DNA from: Chloroflexota bacterium | Lineage (GTDB): Bacteria > Chloroflexota > Anaerolineae > B4-G1 > SLSP01 | Direction of reading: 5' to 3' | Assembly: GCA_022707725.1 (NCBI GenBank) | Contig: JAKJAB010000002.1 | Location: 1 to 38,675, forward strand | Length of the DNA: 38,675 nt | In this document: positions 18,368-26,086 of the stretch, piece by piece | Layout: the number at the start of each line of letters is the position of its first letter | Position numbering within the stretch: position 1 is the stretch's first letter | Made by a program: the position numbers and the translations under genes | The notes under the pieces: generated by a model | The model's input: the letters and a program-made list of their open reading frames with translations, nothing else | Told to the model about the DNA's origin: nothing | Databases searched by the model: none

Positions 18368-19780
18368 CTAATAGGCATTGGGCGAGTGAAAGAGTTGCAA
18401 GATCGTGCGAATGATGATTTTGATATCCAGCATCAGCGACCAGTTCTCGATGTACCACAGATCGTACTTTGTGCGCTCGATGATCGACGTATCCTGCCGG
18501 TAGCCGTTGACTGCCGCCCACCCGGTCAGACCGGCCTTCTCCCGGTGGCGGTCCATATACCGCGGGATGCTGCGGCGGAATTGCTCAACGTAGTAAGGTT
18601 GCTCCGGGCGCGGTCCCACCAGGCTCATATGGCCCAAAAGAATGTTGACAAATTGCGGCAACTCGTCGATGTTAGTCTTGCGTAGCAACGCACCGATCTT
18701 CGTACGGCGCGGATCATTCTCCGCCGTCCAGGTGCCGTGCTTTTCAGCATCGGCGCGCATCGAACGGAACTTTAGAATGGGGAAGGGCTTGGCATCCAAT
18801 CCCATGCGCTCCTGCACGAAGAAAACCGGGCCGGGAGATTCAAGTTTGATGACAATCGCGGTCAATAGCATCAACGGCGACAGGAAGATGAGACCGACCG
18901 TCGCTCCGGCAATATCCATCAAGCGCTTGGCGGTGCGACGCCAGCCGGTCATGGCAATATCGCGGACGGTCAAAATGGGGATTCCGCCCATTTCACCGAT
19001 GCTGACGGGGCCGGCCATAATCTGGAACAGGTCAGGATACACCCGAATGGTCACCCGCCCGCGCTCGCACTCGGCGATCAGCCACAAGATGTCGTGATGC
19101 GAGGTTTCTTCCGGCAGCGCGATGACCACTTCATCGGCCTGTTGCGTCTCGATGATCTGCCCCAGGTTGTCCGCCGGGCCTACAATGGGAACTTCCAACA
19201 GCATTTTCTGGTCCGTCTCGTGGAAACTCACCAGCCCCACGACCTCGTAACCCAGTTCAGGCGTCCACATGATCTTCTGCAAGATCATGCGGGCGATGTC
19301 GCCGGTTCCCACAATCAGGACGCGCCGTCTCCCCCACCCCTGACGAACCAGGTATTGGCGCAGCCAACTGTTGAACAGCCGGCCAACCATGATCAACACC
19401 ATCGAGAGGATCCAGGCATAGCCCACCATCACCCGCGAATAGTCCCGGCCCACCACGAAGTCGCGCAACATCAACGAGGCCAGCGCGACACCCATCAACG
19501 TGCCCGCCATCGTCGCTCCGACAATGGCGTAGAACTCATCGACCCGCGAACTGCGGCGCAGCGCATACAGCCGGAACGAAAGAGCGACCGCCAACACTGA
19601 AAAGATGTGGATGAACAACATGGGGACATACTCGCCAAAGGGACGCATCCCCTCGGCCGGTTCAGGAAATGGGAGCGTCGTACGCAGGATATAAGCCAGC
19701 CCAAAGGCCAACGCCGCCATAACCATATCGGTCAATATCAGATAAACGATAAAAACGCGATTGGCGCGTTCTGCTTTCAT
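18368..19780 (-). CDS. polyprenyl-phosphate sugar phosphotransferase (WbaP/EpsB-type, Bac_transf domain)
   Basis: 4-5 N-terminal TM helices, a central Rossmann-like region (VLIVGTGD), and a C-terminal PILKFRSM...DELPQFVNILLGHMSLVGPRP...KAGLTGWAAVNG...DLWYIENWSLMLDIKII. Confidence 0.9.
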   Translation of the reverse strand: MKAERANRVFIVYLILTDMVMAALAFGLAYILRTTLPFPEPAEGMRPFGEYVPMLFIHIFSVLAVALSFRLYALRRSSRVDEFYAIVGATMAGTLMGVALASLMLRDFVVGRDYSRVMVGYAWILSMVLIMVGRLFNSWLRQYLVRQGWGRRRVLIVGTGDIARMILQKIMWTPELGYEVVGLVSFHETDQKMLLEVPIVGPADNLGQIIETQQADEVVIALPEETSHHDILWLIAECERGRVTIRVYPDLFQIMAGPVSIGEMGGIPILTVRDIAMTGWRRTAKRLMDIAGATVGLIFLSPLMLLTAIVIKLESPGPVFFVQERMGLDAKPFPILKFRSMRADAEKHGTWTAENDPRRTKIGALLRKTNIDELPQFVNILLGHMSLVGPRPEQPYYVEQFRRSIPRYMDRHREKAGLTGWAAVNGYRQDTSIIERTKYDLWYIENWSLMLDIKIIIRTILQLFHSPNAY

Positions 19781-19901
19781 ACGTTTGACCTCACATGCGT
19801 GTTGTTGCCATCCACCAATCTCATTTTAACATAGTGAACAGGCAGAGCAAGTTAAGAAGTCTTTCACGAGGAAAGTCACCTCATTCAGTCACAGATAGCG
19901 T

Positions 19902-19930
19902 TTGACGCCAGTTCCCGGCTGGCATACAAT
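19902..19930 (+). promoter_or_regulatory. sigma70-like promoter of the aminotransferase leader
   Basis: TTGACG (19902-07), 17-nt spacer, TACAAT (19925-30). Confidence 0.5.
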
Positions 19931-20033
19931 GAAGGCGTAGGAGATAAAGCTGTGATACAGTTCAACTTATGGGTTGCGCTATGCCCTTCCGTTTATCTGG
20001 GCTTGTTTAGCCTGGAACATATACGCGTACACA

Positions 20034-20063
20034 AAAGCCTGTCAAGGAATTGACAGGCTTTTT
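20034..20063 (+). terminator. intrinsic terminator inside the aminotransferase 5' leader (attenuator candidate)
   Basis: AAAGCCTGTCAA (20034-45), loop GGAA, TTGACAGGCTTT (20050-61), then TT+AT. It lies 21 nt upstream of the aminotransferase ATG and its CAGGAGG RBS. No upstream + strand gene exists for it to terminate. Confidence 0.7.
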
Positions 20064-20084
20064 ATCACACTTCAGGAGGTCGTC

Positions 20085-21311
20085 ATGACAATACATGCAA
20101 ATTCGGCAAATGAGCAGGTTAACTGGGAACACTTTTTAGCGCGACGCACGCAAAAAATGAAAGGCTCCGTCATCCGAGAACTGCTCAAGCTTACACAGCA
20201 GCCCGATGTTATTTCGTTCGGCGGTGGCATGCCGGCTCCTGAACTTTTCCCGGTGCGGGAAATTGAGGAGGCATGCAATTTTTTGCTACGTGAGTCACCT
20301 AAGTCAGTCCTGCAATACAGTACGACCGAAGGCCATCGCCCTTTGCGCGAGTACCTGGTCGACACTATGACAAAGTATAGTATTCAGTGCAGCGCGGACA
20401 ACATTCTCATCACCACGGGTTCACAACAAGCCCTGGACCTAATTGGGAAAATCTTTATCGATACGGGGACTTACGTGCTGACGGAGCGTCCTACCTACCT
20501 GGGCGCGATTCAATCGTGGCGCGCCTACGAAGCAGAATTTGTTACCGTCCCGATAGACGATCAGGGGATGCAGGTCGAGTTGCTGGAAGACACGCTCAAG
20601 GAAACGCCCATCCGGTTCATCTATGTCCTCCCCAATTTCCACAACCCGGCTGGCACCACCTTGCCAGAAGAACGCCGCCGCCTGCTGGCGGAGATTGCCC
20701 GCCAGCACGACCTTATCATCGTGGAGGACGATCCCTATGGAGCGTTGCGTTATTCAGGTGAGGACGTCATTCCCATTGCAGCCTTAGCGCCGGAACGCAC
20801 CCTCTACCTGGGGACTTTCTCCAAAACGTTGACACCAGGTCTGCGGATTGGCTGGATCGTTGCCCCCAGCGAGATCATTCACCGGTTGGTGCAGGCCAAG
20901 CAAGGGTCGGACTTACACACCAGCACCTTCGACCAGATGGTCGCCAACGACGTGGCCCAGCGTGGCATTCTGAAGGCTCACGTGCGTATGCTACGCAAGG
21001 TCTACGGCGAACGGCGCGATCTGATGCTTGATGCTCTCACTGAGTTTTGGCCTGAAGGCTCAAGTTGGACGACGCCCCAGGGGGGGCTGTTCTTGTGGGC
21101 ACGGGTTCCCAGTCCTATCGATACAGTAGCTCTCTTCCCAAAGGCAATAGAAAAGAGGGTAGCTTTCGTGCCAGGCGTGAATTTCTTCCCGTATGAAGAT
21201 GGCGGGTACGACGCGATGCGGCTCAATTTCTCCAATGCGCAACCGGAGATGATCGTTGAGGGTATCCGCCGTCTGGGCTTGACGCTCAAAGAGGAATTGG
21301 CGCACAAATAA
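20085..21311 (+). CDS. PLP-dependent aminotransferase, class I/II fold (LysN / 2-aminoadipate transaminase-like)
   Basis: From Met38 of the tracked ORF (AGGAGG RBS): ...GSVIRELLKL...ISFGGGMPAPELFP...YSTTEGHRPLREYL...ITTGSQQALDL...VLPNFHNPAGTTL...IVEDDPYGALRY...GTFSKTLTPGLRIGW (PLP lysine in SKT). Confidence 0.9.
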   Translation: MTIHANSANEQVNWEHFLARRTQKMKGSVIRELLKLTQQPDVISFGGGMPAPELFPVREIEEACNFLLRESPKSVLQYSTTEGHRPLREYLVDTMTKYSIQCSADNILITTGSQQALDLIGKIFIDTGTYVLTERPTYLGAIQSWRAYEAEFVTVPIDDQGMQVELLEDTLKETPIRFIYVLPNFHNPAGTTLPEERRRLLAEIARQHDLIIVEDDPYGALRYSGEDVIPIAALAPERTLYLGTFSKTLTPGLRIGWIVAPSEIIHRLVQAKQGSDLHTSTFDQMVANDVAQRGILKAHVRMLRKVYGERRDLMLDALTEFWPEGSSWTTPQGGLFLWARVPSPIDTVALFPKAIEKRVAFVPGVNFFPYEDGGYDAMRLNFSNAQPEMIVEGIRRLGLTLKEELAHK

Positions 21312-21348
21312 GCCCGACCATACACGAGGCCGGGCCAAGAAGCGACAA

Positions 21349-21425
21349 GTCAGCAGATTAAGCAGATTTAGCGGATTTCTGCCGGTCAGTTCGAAAAATC
21401 TGCTTTATCTGCTTAATCTGCTGAC
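21349..21425. repeat. 9-mer-word palindrome / hairpin between convergent aminotransferase and rtcB
   Basis: Perfect 19-bp inverted repeat GTCAGCAGATTAAGCAGAT (21349-67) / ATCTGCTTAATCTGCTGAC (21407-25). The left arm is built from 9-nt words (cagcagatt aagcagatt tagcggatt). Probable bidirectional terminator, but the U-tracts are weak. Confidence 0.7.
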
Positions 21426-21439
21426 AAAAGGAACCGACT

Positions 21440-22891
21440 TCACCCCTTGATGACCGCCACCGGGCGCACGCGGGCCACTTTCCGCGCCAGCCCTGCACCG
21501 GCCACCGAATCCACAACGAGGCTCACGTCCTTGTAGGCATACGGCGCTTCTTCCGCCAACCCCTTCAGACTGCCGGTACGCACGACAATGCCCTGGCTTG
21601 CCAATTCCGAGCGTACATGCTCACCGCGCGCTTGCTTGAGTGCAGCGTTGCGGCTCATCATCCGCCCCGCGCCGTGACAGGTGGAGCCGAAAGTCTCATC
21701 CATCGCCGTTGACGTCCCCGCGAGCACGTAGGAGGCCGTCCCCATCGAACCGGGGACGAGCACCGGCTGTCCGATGCTGCGGTAGACGGCGGGCAGCTCG
21801 GGATGGCGGGGCGGAAACGCCCGCGTCGCCCCCTTGCGATGCACGATCACTTTCATGCGCTGCGAGCCAACCTGGTGTTCCTCGATCTTGGCGATGTTGT
21901 GCGTCACGTCGTACACCTGGGTCAGATGCCAGTTCTTCACTTTGCCCGCCATCACCTGCTCGAACGACCGGCGCACGAAATGCGCCAGGATTTGGCGATT
22001 GGCGAAGGCGTAGTTGGCCGCGGCAGACATCGCCGCCAGATACTCACGGCCCTCGCGCGAGTCCACCGGCGCGGCGACCAGCTCGCGGTCGGGGATGTCG
22101 ATGCCGTACCGGCGGGGCGCGTCCTGCAGGGCGCGGATGTACTGCCCGCACACTTCGTGGCCCAGGCCGCGTGAACCGCAGTGAATCTGTACGACGACGC
22201 GATCCTGCGCCAGTCCCATCACGTCAGCGGCCTCGGCGTCGTAGATTTCGTCCACCACGTCGATTTCGAGGAAGTGGTTGCCGGCGCCGAGCGACCCCAT
22301 CTGCGGGCGTCCGCGTTCTTTGGCGCGCGCTCCGACCGCGCCGGCCTGCGCGCCGGCAATGCGTCCCTGGCTTTCGGTGCGTTCCAGGTCGTCGCGCTGC
22401 GCGTAGCCTTTGGAAAGCGCCCACTCTGCGCCGCGCTCCAAAACGTCGTCCAGCTCCTTGTCCGAGAGCTGCACCGCGCCCTTGCCTCCCACCCCGCTCG
22501 GGCAGTTGCGGTCGATCGAAGCGATGAGGTCCTTGAGATAAGGCTCGAGCGCCGCATAGTCGATCTGCGAGGCTAGCATCCGCACGCCGCAGTTGATATC
22601 GTACCCGACACCGCCAGGGGAAATAATCCCTTCATCCCAACGGAAAGCGGCCACCCCGCCGATGGGGAAGCCGTAACCCTGATGCACGTCCGGCATCGCC
22701 ATCGCGTACTTGACGATCCCCGGCAGCATCGCCACATTCATCAACTGTGTCACGGAACTATCGCGGAACGCCGCTTCGAAGATTTCCTCGCTGCCGTAGA
22801 TGCGCGCGGGCACGCGCATCCGGCCATCGTAAGCCTGCGGCAGTTCCCACACGTAATCGTTAATCTGTTCAAAATCGCTTTTCTGCACCAT
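21440..22891 (-). CDS. rtcB: RNA-splicing ligase RtcB (3'-phosphate/5'-hydroxyl ligase)
   Basis: MVQKSDFEQINDYVWELP..., MPDVHQGYGFPIGGV, GGVGYDINCGVR, GAGNHFLEI, QIHCGSRGLGHEV, GSTCHGAGR. Start at ATG 22891 with GAGGTG upstream. Confidence 0.95.
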   Translation of the reverse strand: MVQKSDFEQINDYVWELPQAYDGRMRVPARIYGSEEIFEAAFRDSSVTQLMNVAMLPGIVKYAMAMPDVHQGYGFPIGGVAAFRWDEGIISPGGVGYDINCGVRMLASQIDYAALEPYLKDLIASIDRNCPSGVGGKGAVQLSDKELDDVLERGAEWALSKGYAQRDDLERTESQGRIAGAQAGAVGARAKERGRPQMGSLGAGNHFLEIDVVDEIYDAEAADVMGLAQDRVVVQIHCGSRGLGHEVCGQYIRALQDAPRRYGIDIPDRELVAAPVDSREGREYLAAMSAAANYAFANRQILAHFVRRSFEQVMAGKVKNWHLTQVYDVTHNIAKIEEHQVGSQRMKVIVHRKGATRAFPPRHPELPAVYRSIGQPVLVPGSMGTASYVLAGTSTAMDETFGSTCHGAGRMMSRNAALKQARGEHVRSELASQGIVVRTGSLKGLAEEAPYAYKDVSLVVDSVAGAGLARKVARVRPVAVIKG

Positions 22892-22921
22892 ATCACACCT
22901 CACTTTTTATAGTACACGGAT

Positions 22922-22982
22922 GCACACGGATTCCACGGCTAAAAACAAAAGAAAATCCGCGCGGGCCGTGAAATCCGTGTAC
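22922..22982 (-). other. strong hairpin in the archease-rtcB intergenic spacer
   Basis: GCACACGGATTCCACGGC (22922-39) pairs 16/18 with GCCGTGAAATCCGTGTAC (22965-82) around a 25-nt loop. An extra GTACACGGAT word (22912-21) offers an alternative perfect 10-bp register. Confidence 0.6.
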
Positions 22983-23010
22983 TAGATTCTTCACTCCGCG
23001 CCGGATTGTG

Positions 23011-23412
23011 CTACGTATCGAAGACGATCTCCGTCTCGTAGCCCTCCGGCGTGGCGACGACGCGTAAATCGTGGAACGTCGCCGCTTTGACGTAGCCGGT
23101 ATACGCCCGCACCGGCCCGCCGCGCAGCGTCGCCGACAATGCTGTGGGCGTCAACGCTGCAAACTCGAACGCAGTAAAAGCAAGGCCATGCACTTCGACG
23201 AAATACAACAGTTCGTTGAGCCAGTCGATCAGCAGCGTCTCCACGTCGAGCGCCGTAAGTGTCAACGTCTTTGTCTCCGGCTGCGTATCATCGACTTCCA
23301 CGAACAGCGCGAGCATCCCCTGCGCCGCCATCGTAAACAGATCGGGCAAGTCGGTGGCCCACAGATGCAGGGCCAGATCGGCGGTGTGTTCGATTTCTTG
23401 ATAGCGGCCCAT
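23011..23412 (-). CDS. archease (RtcB activator)
   Basis: 133 aa. MGRYQEIEHTADLALHLWA...LNELLY...VKAATFHDLRV... matches the archease fold signature (EHTAD, KA.T.H). Confidence 0.9.
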   Translation of the reverse strand: MGRYQEIEHTADLALHLWATDLPDLFTMAAQGMLALFVEVDDTQPETKTLTLTALDVETLLIDWLNELLYFVEVHGLAFTAFEFAALTPTALSATLRGGPVRAYTGYVKAATFHDLRVVATPEGYETEIVFDT

Positions 23413-23413
23413 A

Positions 23414-24310
23414 TCACGCCTCGCAGCGGATCACCACACGCTCGACAAAATCCGCCAACGCCATCCCGTCATCGAAAGCGAACTTGGGGACACCGCACGC
23501 CAAATCCAGCACATCCGTCACACAGGCGATGCGGTTTTCCAGGTCGGGGATCAACGCGGGGTCGCGCGCCGCTCGCACCACCTCGATTTTGGGATACGGC
23601 CCGTACTTGAAGCCCTCGATCAGCACGAGATCCACATCTCCCACACCCGCCAGCGCCGCCTCCAACGGGGGCAGTTCGGCGTAACGCCGCGTGTGGACGA
23701 TGCGATCCGGCGTGACGAAAGCGACGTGCTGCGCGCCGGCCTCCCACAAGCGGCGGGTATCCGTGCCCGGCAGGTCGGTTTCGACATCCGCGCGGACGGT
23801 ATGCTTGACCACTCCAACGCGATAGCCACGCTCCCGCAGCAACGCAATCAGCTTTTCGAGTAGCGTTGTCTTGCCGCTGTTCGAACGACCAACAAAAGAT
23901 AGTATCGGCGCTGCAGGTGATTCACCAACCATACCGTCTACCTCCAAATTTTCTGTGCTTTCCTTGAGATAACCGAGCACTTGCGTCAGAATGTCCTCTG
24001 GTGTCAATGCCGAGGTATCGATATAGAGATCACAGTGGGCGCGCGCGTGCGCCAGACGGACTTCCCGCTCCTCCACCCACCACGCGGAGGGTTGTTCCAA
24101 TCCCTCACGCCGCGCGGCAACCCCCATAGTGACATCCAGGTAGATCAACACATCGGGATTGCTGATCCGCCGCCACATCATAGGCGCGGCACAATGTTCT
24201 TGCATGATTTCTTTGACGCGATATCCAAGCGCCCGCAACGCGCGCGCTAACGTGGATTTTCCGGAGGAACAGGGGCCAACGATACCAATACGCCGCGCGT
24301 CCATCATCAT
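23414..24310 (-). CDS. two-domain P-loop protein: short N-terminal kinase-like NTPase fused to C-terminal MobB (molybdopterin-guanine dinucleotide biosynthesis adapter) domain
   Basis: N-domain has IGIVGPCSSGKSTLARAL (Walker A) and DVLIYLDV (Walker B-like). C-domain has ILSFVGRSNSGKTTLLEKLIALLRERGYRVGVVKH...DLVLIEGFK...KIEVVR...IACVTD...LADFV, collinear with E. coli MobB as I recall it. The stop lies 1 nt from the archease ATG. Confidence 0.8.
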   Translation of the reverse strand: MMMDARRIGIVGPCSSGKSTLARALRALGYRVKEIMQEHCAAPMMWRRISNPDVLIYLDVTMGVAARREGLEQPSAWWVEEREVRLAHARAHCDLYIDTSALTPEDILTQVLGYLKESTENLEVDGMVGESPAAPILSFVGRSNSGKTTLLEKLIALLRERGYRVGVVKHTVRADVETDLPGTDTRRLWEAGAQHVAFVTPDRIVHTRRYAELPPLEAALAGVGDVDLVLIEGFKYGPYPKIEVVRAARDPALIPDLENRIACVTDVLDLACGVPKFAFDDGMALADFVERVVIRCEA

Positions 24311-24325
24311 CCCAGCACTGGCGGG

Positions 24326-25036
24326 CTACAGGTCCGGGACGGGCACCTCGACGCGCATGAAACGCGGACCTTGCGGTTCGCCGGATTGCACGTGCAGCAC
24401 CAGTATGCTTGTGTCGTCCTTGGGACGCCCGTTATCCGCCGCCGTCGCCCGCTCCAACAGCCCGTCGGCGATAGCCTGCGCGGTGGGCGAGACTTGCCAG
24501 ATCGCCTCGAATGCCTGCGGGACGTCCAGCGCCGCACCAGTATTCGCGCCGGCATGGACCAGACCGTCGGTGAAGGCCAACGCAATCAGGCCTGGTTCGA
24601 GATAGAGCTGATCCACCGTAGGCCGCGTGTGTTGGTGAAAGCCCAACGGCGGAGACTCGCTCTCCAATAGCTGCAAATCGCCCGCCGGATAACGCACGTA
24701 AACGCTCGATGCGCCGCATTGCGTGATCACCAACGAACCGCTATCGAGGTCCACCGACAGGATAACCAACGTCGCCGACACCTTGCCACGTCTGTGCTCG
24801 TAGAGCATATCGTTGGCCGCGCGTGCCGCCGCGCCATCACGCACGCCTTCGGCCAACTCGGAGACCACTTTACGGACCACACGGATGCTGATGGCTTTGG
24901 CCGCCTCGCCGGAGCTTTGTCCATCGGCCAGCACAAAGGAGATGCCGCCGCGCGGGCGCTCGATCATTTCCAGCGTGTCCCCGCTCTCGCGCACTGCCCA
25001 TTTGTTGATCTTGCTCGCGGCAACAGAAAGATGCAT
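24326..25036 (-). CDS. stand-alone PPM/PP2C (SpoIIE-type) protein phosphatase
   Basis: 236 aa. ESGDT...FVLADGQSSGEAAKAIS...FTDGLVHAG...KDDTSILVLHV gives the metal-binding Asp motifs of SpoIIE/RsbU-type phosphatases. GAGGAG RBS. Confidence 0.85.
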   Translation of the reverse strand: MHLSVAASKINKWAVRESGDTLEMIERPRGGISFVLADGQSSGEAAKAISIRVVRKVVSELAEGVRDGAAARAANDMLYEHRRGKVSATLVILSVDLDSGSLVITQCGASSVYVRYPAGDLQLLESESPPLGFHQHTRPTVDQLYLEPGLIALAFTDGLVHAGANTGAALDVPQAFEAIWQVSPTAQAIADGLLERATAADNGRPKDDTSILVLHVQSGEPQGPRFMRVEVPVPDL

Positions 25037-25048
25037 CGCGGACTCCTC

Positions 25049-25333
25049 TTATGCGTGCTCGGCCTCACGTGGAACGTACTTGCCGCCGATCGCGCTCGGT
25101 AGGATATCCACCTCGACACCCTCGGCCAAACGAATGCGAGCGATATTCGCCTCACGATCGTAGCGGGTCAACGTCCCGATAAAGCCGCCGATGGTGACCA
25201 CGCGATCGCCGGCGGTCAGTTCGCGCTCCTGTTGCTGGCGGCGCCGTCGCGCCATCCACTGCGGCACATAGAGGAAAACGACGATCAACATCATCATCAC
25301 AATCCAAAACAGCCAATCTACACCCTGTCCCAT
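25049..25333 (-). CDS. yajC: preprotein translocase subunit YajC
   Basis: 94 aa from the internal Met of the tracked ORF: one TM (WLFWIVMMMLIVVFLYV), basic stretch RRRRQQQ, and LTAGDRVVTIGGFIGTL...ARIRL. AGGAG lies 6 nt upstream of ATG 25333. Confidence 0.85.
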   Translation of the reverse strand: MGQGVDWLFWIVMMMLIVVFLYVPQWMARRRRQQQERELTAGDRVVTIGGFIGTLTRYDREANIARIRLAEGVEVDILPSAIGGKYVPREAEHA

Positions 25334-25457
25334 ACCGCGCTCCTGACTGACAATGTTACGCTCAAATACTGACTGAACGGTTATACCTCGATTATACCCG
25401 CAAGGTGAAAGAAGGACAAGAGCCAGTCTAACGGCTTCGTTCGGCATCCTCAGCGGC

Positions 25458-26066
25458 GTGTTGGACCATAAAGTCAGTTCAGCGGTTGTGCTGGGTGCCA
25501 ATATCGGCTCGGATGTCGTCCAACAAACGTTGATTATGAGCCTCGTCGTGTTCATCGCCGGCGAGCTGCGCTTCAAGCGCTATTTTCTATGGAAAAGCAT
25601 GGGGCCGATGATCGGTCCCACCATTATGTGCCTCATCCTGGGCTGGGATGGCACATATTCCCGCGTCGACGGCGCGATTCTGTTCGACTCGTTTATCGCC
25701 TATCTTTATTATCTGTACGTCGATGAACGGAAGCATTACAAGGCCCACGAGAATGGGTTCTCCGAAACCGGCGAAGCTCCGGAAGGCGTCCCGACCAGTG
25801 TCACTCATGCGCTGCGTGATGGGTTGATCGCAGTGGTAGCCCTCGGCATCACCGTCGGCAATGCGATGGCGGCGCTTGAGTTTGCCGAGATCATTGTCGC
25901 GCGCACCGGCATCGGCGGCTCGCTCATCGGCGTGACGACCCTGGGTGTGGCATCGGTGCTCCCGGAGTTGATCACTGCCGTCACCGGCATCCGCAACGGC
26001 GACAGTGGGATCCCGCTCGGCACGCTGGTCGGCAGCAACATTACCAATCCTTTAGTTAGTTTTTAG
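25458..26066 (+). pseudogene. remnant of a CaCA (Na+/Ca2+ exchanger, YrbG-like) gene, truncated at both ends
   Basis: Contains only the tail of alpha-repeat 1 (LGANIGSDVV) and most of alpha-repeat 2 (GVASVLPELITAVTGIRNGDSGIPLGTLVGSNITNPLV), then stops. There is no GxSxPE of alpha-1 upstream (in-frame stop at 25374) and no C-terminal TM helices downstream in any frame. Confidence 0.6.
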
Positions 26067-26086
26067 TGAGAATACTATTGACAGCC

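Noticed and set aside
19952-20053. Classical amino-acid (Trp/His/Leu-type) attenuation by the leader peptide
   Set aside because: The 33-aa peptide has no tandem codons for any single amino acid. Only the geometry (stop codon inside the terminator arm) supports a translation-coupled mechanism, so it is reported as a hypothesis and not annotated as a CDS.
21640-22527. 295-aa + strand ORF (Arg/Pro/Ala-rich) and other long ORFs antisense to or out of frame with rtcB
   Set aside because: Extreme R/P/A composition with no motifs, lying entirely inside the well-supported rtcB CDS on the other strand.
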